This document shows, piece by piece, positions 1 through 12,934 of a stretch of 64,000 nucleotides of DNA (the stretch's first letter is position 1; every line of letters begins with the position of its first letter). Origin of the DNA: Octopus vulgaris (Eukaryota). The notes under the pieces are model-generated. The model saw only the letters and a list, made by a program, of their open reading frames with translations. It had not been told where the DNA came from and did not search any database. The stretch is from contig OX597823.1 of assembly GCA_951406725.2 (NCBI GenBank), positions 104,904,001 to 104,968,000 of the forward strand, given 5' to 3'. A program made the position numbers and the translations under genes.

Positions 1-95
1 AGGCTATAGAAGAAGACACCTGCCCAAGGTACCACACAGTGGGACTGAACCCGGAACCATGTGGTTGGTAAGCAAGCTCACACAGCCATTCCTGC
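1..95 (-). mobile_element. SINE family 1 (tRNA-headed), 5' fragment cut by window edge
   Basis: Reverse complement matches the head of the full copy at 51860-52272 (GCAGGAxTGGCTGTGTG...GGTTCCGGGTTCAGTCCCAC...CCTTGGGCAGGTGTCTT). Confidence 0.85.
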
Positions 96-606
96 TCCTA
101 TATATGTATAGACTTTCACAAACATCAAGTGATACATTCAAAATCAAGGAAAATAGACAACTACATATGCTTTTAATTTGCTCTTTAAGGATGGAGTAAT
201 AACATTTTTTTTATATGTGCCTTACATTTGGTTCTATGTAGTTTCAAACCAGCTGCATTTGATGATCAAGAATTCTTTTATTAATATCTTCTCCTAAAAG
301 ACCAACACTACAAATATGTAATGTTAGGATACAAATGATGTTCACTTTGTTGCATTGCATCTGGAAAAAACTGCTATCAAAGTTTACTGCAAATTTGAGT
401 TTATTCCTAAAGTGCTGTATTATTTGTTTGGCTGAAAAAATCCTGCTTTGTTGAATCAGTTTTGTGAGCTTGTTTTTCAACATTGCACATTTTGCACATT
501 GCTTTGGTGACAGAGGGTTTTTTATTTCTTTAACCCAGTTTGAACATTTGTGATCCATTAGTCAGGATTGAAACTTTTGTCACACTTCAACCACTTGTCT
601 TTTATT

Positions 607-1023
607 TTTTACTTGTTTCAGTCATTTGACCGTGGCCATGCTGGAGTACCGCCTTGAAGGGTTTTAGTCGAACAAATCAACTCAAGGGCTTATTTTTTTA
701 AAGCCTCGTACTTATTCTATCAGTCTTTTATTGCCAAACTGCTAGGTTATGGGGATGTAAACACACCAACACTAGTTGTCAAGAGATGGCAGGGGAGAAA
801 CACAGGCACAAAGACACACACACACGCACATAAATACACACACGCATACACACACGCACACATAATGGGCTTCTTTCAGTTTCTGTCTATCAAATCTACT
901 CACAAGGCTTTGGTCAGCTGAGGCTATAGTACAAGATACATTAACAAGGTGTCACACAGTGAGACTGAACTCAGAACCATTTGGTTTGGAAGCAAGCATC
1001 TTACCACACAGCCATTGCCTGCA
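607..1023 (-). mobile_element. SINE family 1, near full-length copy
   Basis: Colinear with 51860-52272, including the internal (CA)n and the tail ...CTCCAGCATGGCCACGGTCAAATGACTGAAACAAGTAAAA. Confidence 0.9.
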
Positions 1024-1890
1024 CACTTGCTCATTTTTTTCCCAATGGATACAGTTTGGGAGTAACTGAAATTTATTTATTATAAAATACTTAGTTTGCT
1101 CAGACTTCTCTCACATGACAGAGTAATTGCCACCAACAACTTCCAGTTCACTTTATTATACTAAGGGGCTTCTATGTGGCTACTCAACATGCAAAATATA
1201 GCAGTCAAACACCTCTCAATTCACACACACGTACTACTGTCGTAAAGATACATTGAAAAGAATATTAGAAGAATCTGTTATCATTAAGATAGCATGTTAG
1301 CACTATTTATAATCTATTAATAAACACCTGTTACACCACCATGAGCTAAATGTTGCAAAATAGTGCTGCCAGGGTCAAAATATTGCCCACCAATCCTGAA
1401 TTCAATAATTCCCACATAACCACTTGACAACCAGTGTTCTTTTATTAACATCCTCATAACTTAAATGCTCAGCAAAAGAAACTGATAGAATAGGCTTAGG
1501 AAAATAAGTACTGGATTCGATTCATTCGACTAAAACCCTTCAAGGGGGTGCCCCAGCTTGGCTGTAAGATGTAAAAGGGAAAATGGTATGAAAGCAGGGG
1601 CTTGTAGTTCCAAATGTTTTTAAGTAATCTTAACTAAGGGAGGGGGCAGAAATAATAATAATAATAATAGTGTACTGTTTCAAAAGCACCGTAATCTACT
1701 ACTTGTAGCCCTATCTGACACGGCCAAGTGGAAAATTTGCTTGTAGTAGTGATAGATCAACAAAAAGATGTTGATCCTAGAGGAAATGGTGTTTTTTTTT
1801 TGAGATGTGCATATCTTCACAAGGTAGGGTGTAATACAACTGTCATTGTAAAGCAATGATAATGATGGTAATGATGACGACATCATGATA

Positions 1891-2122
1891 AGGCGGTGAG
1901 CTGGCAGAAACGTTAGCACGCTAGGCGAAATGTTTAGCAACATTTCGTCTGCTGCTATGTTCTGAGTTCAAATTCTGCTGAGGTCGACTTTGCCTTTCAT
2001 CCTTTTGGGGTCGATTAAATAAGTACCAGTTACGCACTGGAGTCGATATAATCAACTTAATCTGTTTGTCTGTCCTTGTTTGTCCTCTTTGTGTTTAGCC
2101 CATTGTGGGCAGTAAAGAAATA
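1891..2122 (+). mobile_element. SINE family 2 (~230 bp, core GCCTTTCATCCTTTxGGGGTCGAT...AAGTACCAG)
   Basis: Matches the copies at 29021, 29886 and 51500. Flanked by the repeated GGTAATGATGACGACA (probable TSD). The core resembles the Meta-type SINE domain as I recall it; not verified. Confidence 0.9.
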
Positions 2123-2314
2123 GGTAATGATGACGACAATGATGATGATGATGACAATATATTGTTTAACTTCAGGCCAGTCCTAATTAAGCAGACTCAT
2201 GTGCCCATGTCCTACAGTTGACGCCAAAGTTGACTGGGTTTGTTAAAAGCTCTTAGAAAAGTGGTACCTTACAATTCTAGTAAAGAGCTTTTGAATCATC
2301 AAATTATTGGTTAC

Positions 2315-2520
2315 TTTTGTTGTTTAGCCCCAGGTCAGACAGCCCTGATCCAGTAAACCTGTGATAACAAGGTTTTCCAACAATAACTGCAACATCTTTT
2401 TTGATACAGTGTATCTAGAATTACATTGATTACATTATCCAATGTGTCTCTCCTTCTTTTAAGATGATGTGGGAGATAGACATTTGAAAGCAACTTGAGA
2501 GATTTGAGAGAGATTTCAAT
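2315..2520. repeat. old interspersed repeat family (motif GAGATTTxGCTGCTATTTCTAGCAG)
   Basis: Related segments at about 1165-1260, 12190-12470, 12755-12860, 16540-16705, 19920-20045, 44000-44270, 49390-49475, 49680-49865 and 60990-61180. Confidence 0.6.
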
Positions 2521-3044
2521 CAGGAGGCAACCCCCCTCCCCACACCCGCAACTCCATTGTTTTGTCAACCCTTTTCACTGGCAATCATTGGACACTCTAG
2601 CATGCTGGCCATATTCAACACACAAACTAACTCTACCATGAGAGGCTATAAAAACTCAATGTAGACCTACAATACTACTGCTCTTAACAACATCCTCACC
2701 ACCATCATATCACCACTACCATCATCACCATCATTACCACCTACAGCAGTAACATTCATCCTCTTTAGTATCTATTGTTTTTGCAATTTAATACATTTAT
2801 TTTATTTTACAACAATTTTATTTATTTTTTCCATATTTATTTGTCATGTTTTCAAAGCCAAATAATTTGCATTCATTGATTTCACATTTCACTTCATTCT
2901 ATCTCTCCTTTTCCTTCTTCTTCTCCTACTACTTTTAATTCATTGATTTTATTCATTTATTTATTTTATCTGTTGATATATATTTGTTTGTTTTCTGTTT
3001 ATTCATTCAATTCATTTATCCATTTATTTTTTTTATTTATTCAA

Positions 3045-3402
3045 TTATATGTGTGCATGTGTACATACATGTGCATGTTAGTATGTGCATATGCATGTGT
3101 GTGTGAGTGTGTCTGTGTATTTATGTCTGTATGTGTGTGTGTATGTTTGCGTGTTTGTGTAAGTGAGTATATGTGTGTGTGTGTGTGTGTGCACGTGTGT
3201 GTGTGTGTGCATATGTATGCGTGTGTGAGTGTGTCTGTGTATTTATGTCTGTATGTGTGTGTGTGTTTGTGTAAGTGTTTGTGTGCACGTGTGTGTTTGT
3301 GTGTGTGTGTGCATATGTATGTGTGAGTGTGTCTGTGTATTTATGTCTGTATGTGTGTGTAAGTGTTTGTGTGTGAGCAACAGAGAGTATGTGTGTGTTT
3401 GC
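3045..3402. repeat. degenerate (GT)n microsatellite with internal unit repeats
   Basis: Seen directly in sequence. Confidence 0.9.
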
Positions 3403-4047
3403 GTAAAGCTTTTCTTATTCTATATGATGATTCTACATTTTTATTTAATATCCTGCAAGTCTTTTGCTCAACAACAAATTTATGTATTTGTATGGGAAAA
3501 AAAAAGAGAAAAATCTTCCTTCAAAGACACACAGACATAAACACACCAGCAGATATCTGGAAAATTACATCTGTTGTACCCTCACACTCTCAGCTTATTT
3601 TATTGAACTGGATTGGATTGTATTCTGTATATGATGCAATGTTTTTGGTCAGGGTTTTGTGTGTGTTTGTGATTTTAAATTCTTCACTCTCACTCAATAT
3701 CTTCTTTTACTCCCTCCCCCCTCTCTCTCTCTTTATCTTCCTGTCTGTCTGATCATTTCTTTCTCTCTTCTACTGCATCACCGTCTTGTATCTCCAGTTC
3801 CCTTGTACAGTTGGTTTTTAGTTATTAATCTATCTCTTGCTTTTCTCTAACGGTTTTTAAAAGACCATCCTCTCCCATATTTCTCATTCAACCACAGTCA
3901 ACAATACCAAAACCACCACTGATGACATCTTCCTATCTGTTGCTGCTGCTGCCACAACACCACTGCTGCTGCTGCCTCTGCTACCACCACCACTGCCACC
4001 AAAACCACCACCACTGCACTATATATATCCTCCTCCTCCTCCTCGCC

Positions 4048-4300
4048 ATCATCATCATCATCATCATCACCATTATTTAACGTCTGCTCTTCCATGCTTG
4101 TACAGGTCAGACAGAATTAATTGAGGCACATTTTCTGTGACCAAATTCTTTTCCTGTTGTCAACCGTCCCTTTTTGAACCAAGGTGATATTTACCATGGC
4201 CAGACATTTTTTTTTCTGCAAAAGAATGGAAATGTATAGCTTCACTTATAATGATGATGATGCCCATTTAGAACCATCATCTGACATCAGGACAACAGTA
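4048..4300 (-). mobile_element. SINE/RTE-type 3' tail with (ATG)n end
   Basis: (CAT)n-TTTAACGTCTGCTCTCCATGC... Homologous to the 3' part of 38558-38975. Confidence 0.7.
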
Positions 4301-4884
4301 AATGGGCACACACTCACAAACATGCTTACACACATATGTATGTATACATACATCAATGTATATATATATATACATGTATATATACATACATATATTTAAA
4401 TATTGATAAGGAGACTGGAGTGAGTTACACATTTTATTGCATACTACTACAATTGTTTCATCATCTCGTTACCAGAAGAATTATTGCTGGAATACAACTA
4501 TATAGTGTGTGAAATAATGCATCATAACAGTTTTATTTCAGCACCACTGGAAGAGGTCAATTCTAAAATGGAATTGATAGATAAATAGATACATACATAC
4601 ATGCATGCATACATATATATTAGAACACTAGGCTTTGTTAGTAGATGCTTATAGGAAAATCTGGATAAACTGGGATTTTCAGAAAGAGAAATTGACCAAC
4701 TGATTTGTACATTACAAGTGCAATCTGTGAGTGGAAAACTAAAAATATGCAAGACTTTTCTCAAGTTCCAAATGTGAATTTGTCAGTGTTAACTACATCC
4801 CAAAGATGGAGTCTTGTATTTTTGTTAGAAACCGGCTCATTCCTCAGTGGAAGATTTATAATAATTAAAATATACATACATAGG

Positions 4885-5120
4885 CACAGGAGTGGCTGTG
4901 TGGTCAGTAGCTTGCTTACTAATCCCATGGTTTCAGGTTCAGTCCCACTGCTCGGCATCTTGACCAAATGTCTTCTACTATAGCCTCAGGCCAACCAAAG
5001 CCTTGTGAGTGGATTTAGTAGATGGAAACTGAAAGAAGCCTGTTGTACACACACACACATGTGTATATATTCATGTGTCTGTGTTTGTCCCTCCCACCAT
5101 CGCTTGACAACCAATGTTTG
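4885..5120 (+). mobile_element. SINE family 1, 5' half
   Basis: CAGGAGTGGCTGTGTGG...GGTTCAGTCCCAC...AAAGCCTTGTGAGTGGATTT. Confidence 0.85.
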
Positions 5121-5129
5121 TGGGTTCCC

Positions 5130-5222
5130 AATTTTCAAACCTCTAGCTATATTACTTGCAGGCTGTACTTGTATTTGAAAAAGGCTACATGTGCCCCATG
5201 GGCTGCATGTTTGACATGCCTG
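5130..5222 (-). mobile_element. hAT/Charlie-like terminal fragment
   Basis: Reverse complement CAGGCATGTCAAACATGCAGCCCATGGGGCACATG resembles typical hAT MITE termini. Only one end is visible. Confidence 0.5.
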
Positions 5223-5508
5223 CTTTAGAGCATAAACCATGAACGACGTTCTTTTACTGTTCTTGACTCTGGGCTATCTTTTCTACTTCCCCCTATATGG
5301 AACCCTATCTTTTCAGCTCTGCCTTTGTATCCTGTCTCCAGTTATTTTTATGGTGCCTTCCCTTCAGCTTCACCTGTGGTTCCCATATCAAGGCATCACA
5401 TATTTTCTTAAAGGATCTGTGGGTTTTGAATTGTCGCTAATGCTTCAATAACTTAGCATTTTTTTTTGTCTAGCTAGGGCTGTTGGCCCTATGCAAGCCC
5501 AGTTTTAT

Positions 5509-6150
5509 CGGTCAATATAAAGATCTTCGACCGGGAACAAAAAAAAAAAAAAAAGTAACCAGCCTGGTGGTGTTAGCAAGTCTGTGGAAAAGGAATATGA
5601 AAAATAAATGAGTGCTGACGACCTTGGGGTGGGGAGGGACTTTCAGAAAAATTCACAGGATCCAATTTTTCCATCATAAGTTCCGGTAAAATGGATATAT
5701 ACTCATTTACTTGTTTCAGTTATTTCACTGTGGCCATGCTGAAGCACTGCTTTTAGTTGAGCAAATCGACCCCAGGACTTATTCTTTGTAAGCCTAGTAC
5801 TTATTCTATTGGTCTCTTTTGCTGAACCGCTAAGTTACGGGGACGTAAACACACCAGCATCGGTTGTCAAGCGATGTTGAGGGGACAAACACAAACATAT
5901 AAACACACACAAACATACACACACATATATATATATATACATATATATGACAGGCTTCTTTCAGTTTCCGTCTACCAAATCCACTCACAAGGCTTTGGTC
6001 TGCCTGAGGCTATAGTAGAAAACACTTGCCGAAGGTGCGACACATTTTCAAGATTTCAATTCCTGCCCCCTCCTTATTTTTCACTTTACTCAGAAATACG
6101 AAGATTAAAATTCTGAAAAAATTTGTTTGTAAAATTTCAATTTCTCAAAA

Positions 6151-6195
<45 letters not shown>

Positions 6196-6564
6196 CAGGC
6201 CTTCAAGTAGGCTATCAACATGCTAGAAATAACAGCCAAATCTAACAAAACTGCAATAACATAATAACATAATCTACCTTTCTGCAATTTTAAAAATGCG
6301 ATTTTTTGCAAATTTTTTTTCAGAACCGTATCCTCCATATCCAAAATCGTGCTATTCTATAAAAAAAAAAATCAATATATATCCATTTTACTGGAAATTA
6401 TGATGGAAAAATCGGATCTTGTGAATTTTCCAAAAGTTCGCTCCCCACCCCCAAGGTCTTCAGCATGCATTTTTTTCATATTCATTTTCCACATACTTGT
6501 TAACACCCACCAGGCTGGTTAATTTTTTCTTTTTGTTCCTGGGTGAGGATCTTTATATTGACCG
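5509..6564. mobile_element. MITE / non-autonomous DNA transposon with ~190 bp terminal inverted repeats and a nested SINE
   Basis: 5509-5700 and 6376-6564 are inverted copies with terminus CGGTCAATATAAAGATC. A SINE family 1 copy is inserted at 5706-6036. Confidence 0.85.
5706..6036 (-). mobile_element. SINE family 1, 5'-truncated, nested in MITE
   Basis: High similarity to the corresponding part of 51860-52272. Confidence 0.9.
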
Positions 6565-6689
6565 TTTTGTCTTTGGGAAGAGGTAACCCATATTAGTCTG
6601 GCTACTATCCTTTGACCTGTCCGGCATGGGAGGCACTATCACTAGCATGCTCATTGAGACACACAAACCACTACAAAATAATAAGGGCT

Positions 6690-6903
6690 GGACCTTGTAT
6701 TGGGTGGAAAATCTATGGGGGTATATTTAAAATAGATTCACCAACACTACACCTGATTTTCTCCCCTCCATACACACGCAAGCATGTATCTGACTCATAC
6801 ACTGTTCACTTCCCAGACATTTGTACATTACTGCATATGCTTTATACGCACTTTTGACAAGTTGTGGTGCACCTGAGCACTGTATACAATAATTTCATTA
6901 TTA

Positions 6904-6944
<41 letters not shown>

Positions 6945-6945
6945 T
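6690..6945 (+). mobile_element. probable LINE 3' UTR ending in (ATT)n
   Basis: Unique-looking segment ending GAGCACTGTATACAATAATTTC(ATT)n. No coding part is present. Confidence 0.45.
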
Positions 6946-7365
6946 TTAGACGATCAAATTGTGCTCCAGCTGTCCGTCAGAGCTGAAGGTTGCAATGAAG
7001 ACCACCTGGGATTCTACCCCTCTTAGCAGCATCATATTCTGGCAACCACTGAAGCCAAAGATGTGCTAACTAAGAACTAACTGAAACTCTGTAATTACTT
7101 TTCAATTTTTGACTAACTTACGCTTTTGTTATGACGTTTACAATGTTCAGCTAATGCATTCTAGAATTTTTGAGATATTGCATTTTTGATTATCCCTGCA
7201 TGAAAGCCATAAATGTTGGTTTTCATCAACAGAATACTACAAATAGATTGATTTGGATTGGATTAGATTTAGTGAGCCAGATGCGATTGAAATTTTATTG
7301 TTCTAATTTAACTGACAATAAAAAATCTAAATTTTGCACAACACTCTAATTTTCTGAAATGCATC

Positions 7366-7700
7366 TCCTCCTCCTCCTCACCACCACCACCACCACCATC
7401 ACAGTCGTTATCGTTGTCATCATCATCATCATTATCATCATCATCATCATCATCATCATCATAACCACCACCACCACTACCATCATCACAGTCATCATCG
7501 TTGTCATATACATCGTTGTCATCATCATCATCATAACCACCACCACCACCATCACAGTCGTTATCATTGTCATCATCATCATCATCACCACCACCACCAC
7601 CACTACCACCATCACAGTCGTCATCGTTGTCATCATCATCATTGTCGTCGTTGTCGTAGTCGTCGTCATCATCATCATCATCATCACCAGCATCATCATT
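7366..7700. repeat. compound (CAT/CAC/CGT)n array with higher-order repeat units
   Basis: Seen directly. Source of the low-complexity ORFs at 7308-7775. Confidence 0.95.
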
Positions 7701-8200
7701 GCTATTATGCCTACTTTCCTCGTACTGGCATTGGTTTGAAGAGAATCCTTGAGGCAGTATTCTATGGATGGACACCTTTGCTGATATAGTAACCTTTATC
7801 TTACCATTTACTCATCTAAGAATTCTTTATTCCACTGGTTTTTACCCATCAAACCACCAAAGTGTGGAACATATTGTCCATATGGGATATAAAGAAAAGT
7901 CACACACACATACAGACATGCACCCCACTTCTCAACACACATGCATACACACAAAATATATATATATATATATATATATATCTCATACCAGCATGTGACT
8001 GGCTGTGAGTACATGCCATTGGCTAAGTCCAACATGGCTGAAGTACACCTGGCATTGTTCTTAGCCTCTGCCTGGATGATTTTCATCTTCTTCTTCTGAC
8101 ATACATTGTGTTTTCAAATACAGTTCATCCAGAAAAGATGCTATCTCTAGACAGTAAACTGTTAGCCAGCAATGTATCTACGTGAAATTTGAGACATAGA

Positions 8201-8428
<228 letters not shown>

Positions 8429-8539
8429 TATATACCAAATTTCATTCATTCAGCACTGATGAAACTGAGGTTATATAGATGACACTTGCCTAAAATACCT
8501 TACAACAAAGAGCAAATCCAAAACTGCTTGTAGGGGTAA

Positions 8540-8945
8540 CACAACTTGTCCACTAAACAGACAATGCAATGCAGAAACAGTTGTTTATGTGGCAGAAGTA
8601 ACAGCAACAGGACCCAATGGACAACCAAGCATGCGGAAGTATGTGGGGTCAATGCAAGGCCCCATCAGAACCCACTTTGATAACCACAAGTCATCATTTG
8701 ACATCTCAGAGAGACATGATGCCATAACCCTAGCCAAACACATCTGGACTTTGAAAGAAAGCACCACGGAGTACAGCATAAAGTGGAAGGTCCTAGAAAG
8801 ATGCAAACCATACTTCAATAGTAACAGGAAGAGCAGATTATGCCTGGCTGAGAAAAGAGGGCAATTTTAAAAGGCACTCAATTCCCGGATGTTTACCTGA
8901 ACAGCTGGAATGAAGTGTTTAATCCTTGTCTGCATGAAAGAAAGT
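8540..8945 (+). pseudogene. PLE GIY-YIG endonuclease domain (frameshifted)
   Basis: ORF 8589-8870 plus upstream Cys-rich CPLNRQCNAETVVY and a downstream LNxxxE-like motif. Confidence 0.8.
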
Positions 8946-9316
8946 ATATTCTGTCGTACCTGTGCAACCCACCATGACTTCAACCACGGATCCCCTGCCT
9001 TGACATTCCACAAACGACTTTCCACCAATGCCCTTAGAACCAGCATAAAGAGTTTGAACAAGACATGCACCCATGTACACATATGCACACACTCATAAGG
9101 TGAATACCCCACAGTGAGCTATCCCCTACTACCCCCAGCACATACCCCCTTATGCAAATTGTACCCCACATATAGACACCCCTCCTGACACACATTATAC
9201 ATTACACACTGCATGCTTATACAAAAAAAAAACCCCACAGATTTATCCTTTACAGAAAGAAAACAGAGTAAGCAACACAACACTATATATATCTACACCC
9301 TCAGAAAAATTATATA

Positions 9317-9593
9317 TATTAGGTTGTTTGGAAAATACTGTGTGATTTTTTGAAAACATTTTTTCAACTTCAATTTAAGATATTATTTTTGTTGTGTTTT
9401 TGATGAAATTTTACATGTTTACTAATTGATGTGCATTCTTTAATAAATTAATACTGATTTCTTTTAGAATATAATTTTGAAGCATAGAAATCTTTAATTT
9501 CAAGCATGAAATGGAAGAAATGTGTTTAATTTTTTTGCATGAATTCAAGCCTGGGCATAATGCTTCCCAAACAGCTACCACTATCAACAGATA
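9317..9593 (+). mobile_element. mariner 5' fragment (TIR plus transposase N-terminus)
   Basis: Starts TA|TTAGGTTG. Translation LHEFKPGHNASQTATTINR matches the mariner N-terminal HTH. Confidence 0.75.
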
Positions 9594-10378
9594 TCAAGCA
9601 CATCTAGGCTTTGAAAGAAAGCGCAATGGAGTAACGTATAAAGTGGAAGATCCTAGAAAAATGCAAACCATACTTCAATAGCAGCAGGAAGAGCAGATTA
9701 TGCCTGGCTGAGAAAAGAGCAATTTTAAAAGGGATCCAACGCCCAGATGTCTACTTGAATAGCAGGAGTGAGGTGTTTAATCCTTGCCTGCATGAAAGGA
9801 AGTACATCCTATTGTACCTACTCGTCCCACCATGACTACAACCACAGGTCTCCTTCTTTGATCCTTCACCAACGACCACCCACTGATAACCTCGGGCCTG
9901 ACAAAAAGAGTTTGACTAAAGCACACACCAATGCATTTATGTACACACATGCACACCCTTATAAGACAGACATACCACAAAATAGGCTGTCTCCCATCAC
10001 TCCCCAACCCTAACCTTAACCCCTGCACACAAATTGTACCCTCACACATGCACAGACCCCCTCTCCCCACACATTACACACCACATGCTAACATAAAACC
10101 GCCCCCCCCATGACTGTATCCTTTACAGAAAGAAAACAGACCAACGAACACAGCTATATATACCTACACCCACAGGGGCACCACATTAATAATACACACC
10201 TCACTTCAAGACAACTCCTACTGACATTACAGCATACCCAACCAATGGACATAACTCCTAACCTAATCCCCTGACCCTTTTTTGTTTCACCACCTCTTTT
10301 CATGACAGTTGCTGACTGATTGTGCTAATCCACCTCTCACAATAGAAAGCAGTTACCGTGTTCCCTTCCATATCGGCT

Positions 10379-10461
10379 AACTCTGATGAGCATAAAGTTA
10401 CATAATCAGAATGTTACCTAACAATCCATTGTATTCTTTATGTGAAACTAATTGGTAAGAT
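10379..10461 (+). ncRNA. type I hammerhead ribozyme motif (PLE-associated)
   Basis: CTGATGA at 10383-89; stem II GCATAAAG/CTTTATGT; GAAAC at 10444-48; stem III AC-TAATTG-GT; GTA cleavage triplet; weak stem I AACT/AGAT. Confidence 0.7.
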
Positions 10462-11104
10462 CACCCATGATAAATATTTAATACTATACATTTTAGATAA
10501 TATATATATATATAGTTAACTTATATTTATGTAGAAGCCTTGTAGGATGTTGAGTAAAGCTTGTCCTCTGTTTTTGGCTATCTGATGTCATCAGCTATAG
10601 AGATGCATATGCTACTGGATTTATTTTAGGAATTCCTTGAGATCCATAGAGTTTATATAAATAGATTAGAGACAGAAAATAGAATTCACAGGATTCTTTT
10701 TCAAATCTACTACAATTGTTTCAGCTCATTTTGCACCTATCACAGGTAAGATGTTGTGCAATCAATTGTCTTGCATCACAGGTGCTGATTGCACCTCCTC
10801 TGGTGACTTTAAGTAAGTATCTCACTATTTCTCCTCACCATTTCACTTAGCCTTATGACAATATATATATATGGGTAGTTGCTACACTCTGGCAGTGCTC
10901 AAAAGAAACTGAGAAAGAAAATACTGTTACAGTAAAAAAAATAAAGTACACTTATAAGAAAACATTGACAAATAAAAATTACAAAAACATAAAACATAAA
11001 TGTGATGAAAATAAAACTGAACATTTATTGATGAGATATACATGCAATCAAAAGAAAGGTATAAGCAATGTGTGTGTGTGTGTGTGTGTGTATAATGTGC
11101 TTAG

Positions 11105-11862
11105 CAGAGAATAAATGTGTGGGCCTCACCGAGGAAATGTCTACTGACCGAGACTTTTGGAAACATGCTGTGTGTGAGAAAACCTGGCAAGCCAAATGGG
11201 ATCATAATCTCGTGACCTATGCCAGGGGCATTACCAACCCACTTATGCGTACCTTTTTCTTCTTTGGACACTAAAACTCTGCTTGCAACGACCTGTTGAG
11301 GCAAGTGAAATCAAAAATTAAAAATCAAAATCAAAATCAAATTCGATGTCTGGCGTCCTTGCTAGCGGGGTGCAAAGAGCACCATACGAGTGTGATCATT
11401 GACAGAGCGGCTAACCGGCTTCTGTGCCAGTGGCACATAAAAGACACCATTTGAGCGTGATCGTTACCAGCGTCACATTCCTGGCACTTGAGCCCAATGC
11501 TAATAGGGTATTAAGAGCACCATCCGAGCATGATCATTGCCAAAGTGGCTATCTGGCCTCCGTGCCGGTGGCACGTAAAAGACACCATTCGAGTGTGATT
11601 GTTACCAGCATCGCTTTACTGGCACCTGTGCTGGTGGCATGTGTAAAAGATTAGAGTGAGGTCATTGCCAGTGCCGCCTGACTGGCCCTGTGCTGGTGGC
11701 ACGTAAAAGCACCCACTACACTCTCGGAGTGGCTGGCGTTAGGAAGGGCATCCAGCTGTAGCAACTCTGCCAGATTAAGATTGAAGCCTGGTGCAGCCAT
11801 CTGGTTCACCAGTCCTCAGTCAAAATCATCCAACCCATGCTAGCATGGAATGCGGACGTTAA

Positions 11863-11894
<32 letters not shown>
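11105..11894 (+). mobile_element. RTE LINE 3' end (ORF C-terminus, repeated 3' UTR, (ATG)n tail)
   Basis: GLTEEMSTDRDFWKHAVCEKT matches the end of ORF 32077-33531. UTR matches 46600-47145. Confidence 0.9.
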
Positions 11895-11895
<1 letters not shown>

Positions 11896-12934
11896 TTGTA
11901 CATCAATTTCAAGTCCATTTCCTCTATCAGGTTTGTTTTTCCTTCCTTCAGATCTGATTCTTTGATTTCAATTGATAGCTTAAATAATGTTAAAGACGAT
12001 GCTTCTGTTTTCATTGAATCAAAATCTTCCATGTTATTACTGATAGATGGAAGCATTTGTTTAAAAAACAAAAAATCTCCAAAAACCCATCAGCATCTAC
12101 AAACAACAAACCACTGCCACCACCTTTCTTCACGAGTGCTTAATAAGTGTTGAAGGTTTACCAGAAAGACTAAAATCCTCGTGATAAGCTAATGCGGTTC
12201 ACTGCTTTAAAAAGCAGCCAAGTCTCCCTCTGAAAATGAAGTACCTATGGGACATGGTAGACTTTGATTAACAAAAAGACAGGATGATAGCAGGGTGAAA
12301 GCCCAAAGTCAATTCTGGTTCAGCAGACAGATGACCAGAGGCTTCTATCCATGACCATCTCATCTTTTTGTACATTGAGGACTACATGATTTAATGTATC
12401 CTATAGTGTAATTTAAGGATTTTGCTGCTCTTTCTAGAAAGCAAAGTGACTGCATAGAGGCTTCTGCACATCCATTATGGTGTTTCCCTTCAGAGGGTAT
12501 ATAACTCTCTATTTCATCTAGTTTGCTTGACTGAACAAAGAACAGATTTTATACTCGTTTCATGGTTGAGCGATTAGTGTTAATAAGGGCATTCAGCTGT
12601 GAAGACAATTGCTCTTATACATATGATCTCACACAGCAAGGCAAATATTGCAAAATGGCTGTAAAACAGTTTAAAAAACAAACATAACACAATCCGTATT
12701 GAGAACAATGAGAGAGAAACGGGGGGGGAGCTGGAGCTAAAGAACAACGTTTGGAAGCTAGTTGCTCAATCTGCTAGAAATAACAGCCAAGTTTCCTTCA
12801 AATCAAACCTTACTGTTTTTTAAAAAAAGCAAGAACACATTCAGTAATGTAGTTTTAGAAACGCTTTTCTTTTATTCTGATATTTTTTAAAATTCTGTTA
12901 CTTGTTTCAGTCAGTTTAAATGAGTAAAATAGCC

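Larger units (their letters stand above)
8480..10510 (+). mobile_element. Penelope-like retroelement 3' remnant: GIY-YIG endonuclease, partial tandem duplication, C-rich UTR, hammerhead, tail
   Basis: Translation VVYVAEV...KYVGS...FDNHKSSF...TLAKHIWTLKE...IKWKVL...RLCLAEK matches the PLE GIY-YIG C-terminus. 8735-9310 is repeated at 9596-10170. A hammerhead follows at 10379-10461, then (TA)n. Confidence 0.85.

Noticed and set aside
244-558. 104-aa minus-strand ORF
   Set aside because: No recognisable motif. The adjacent putative exon has stops in all three frames.
8455-8470. CTGATGAAAC hammerhead-like string
   Set aside because: No stem II or stem III. CTGATGA matches inside mariner, APE and Tc1 coding remnants (25148, 62420, 63125) were likewise discarded.
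11350-11710. Spaced palindromic repeats resembling a CRISPR array
   Set aside because: Eukaryotic context, part of an RTE 3' UTR, spacers are themselves repeated, and there are no cas genes.
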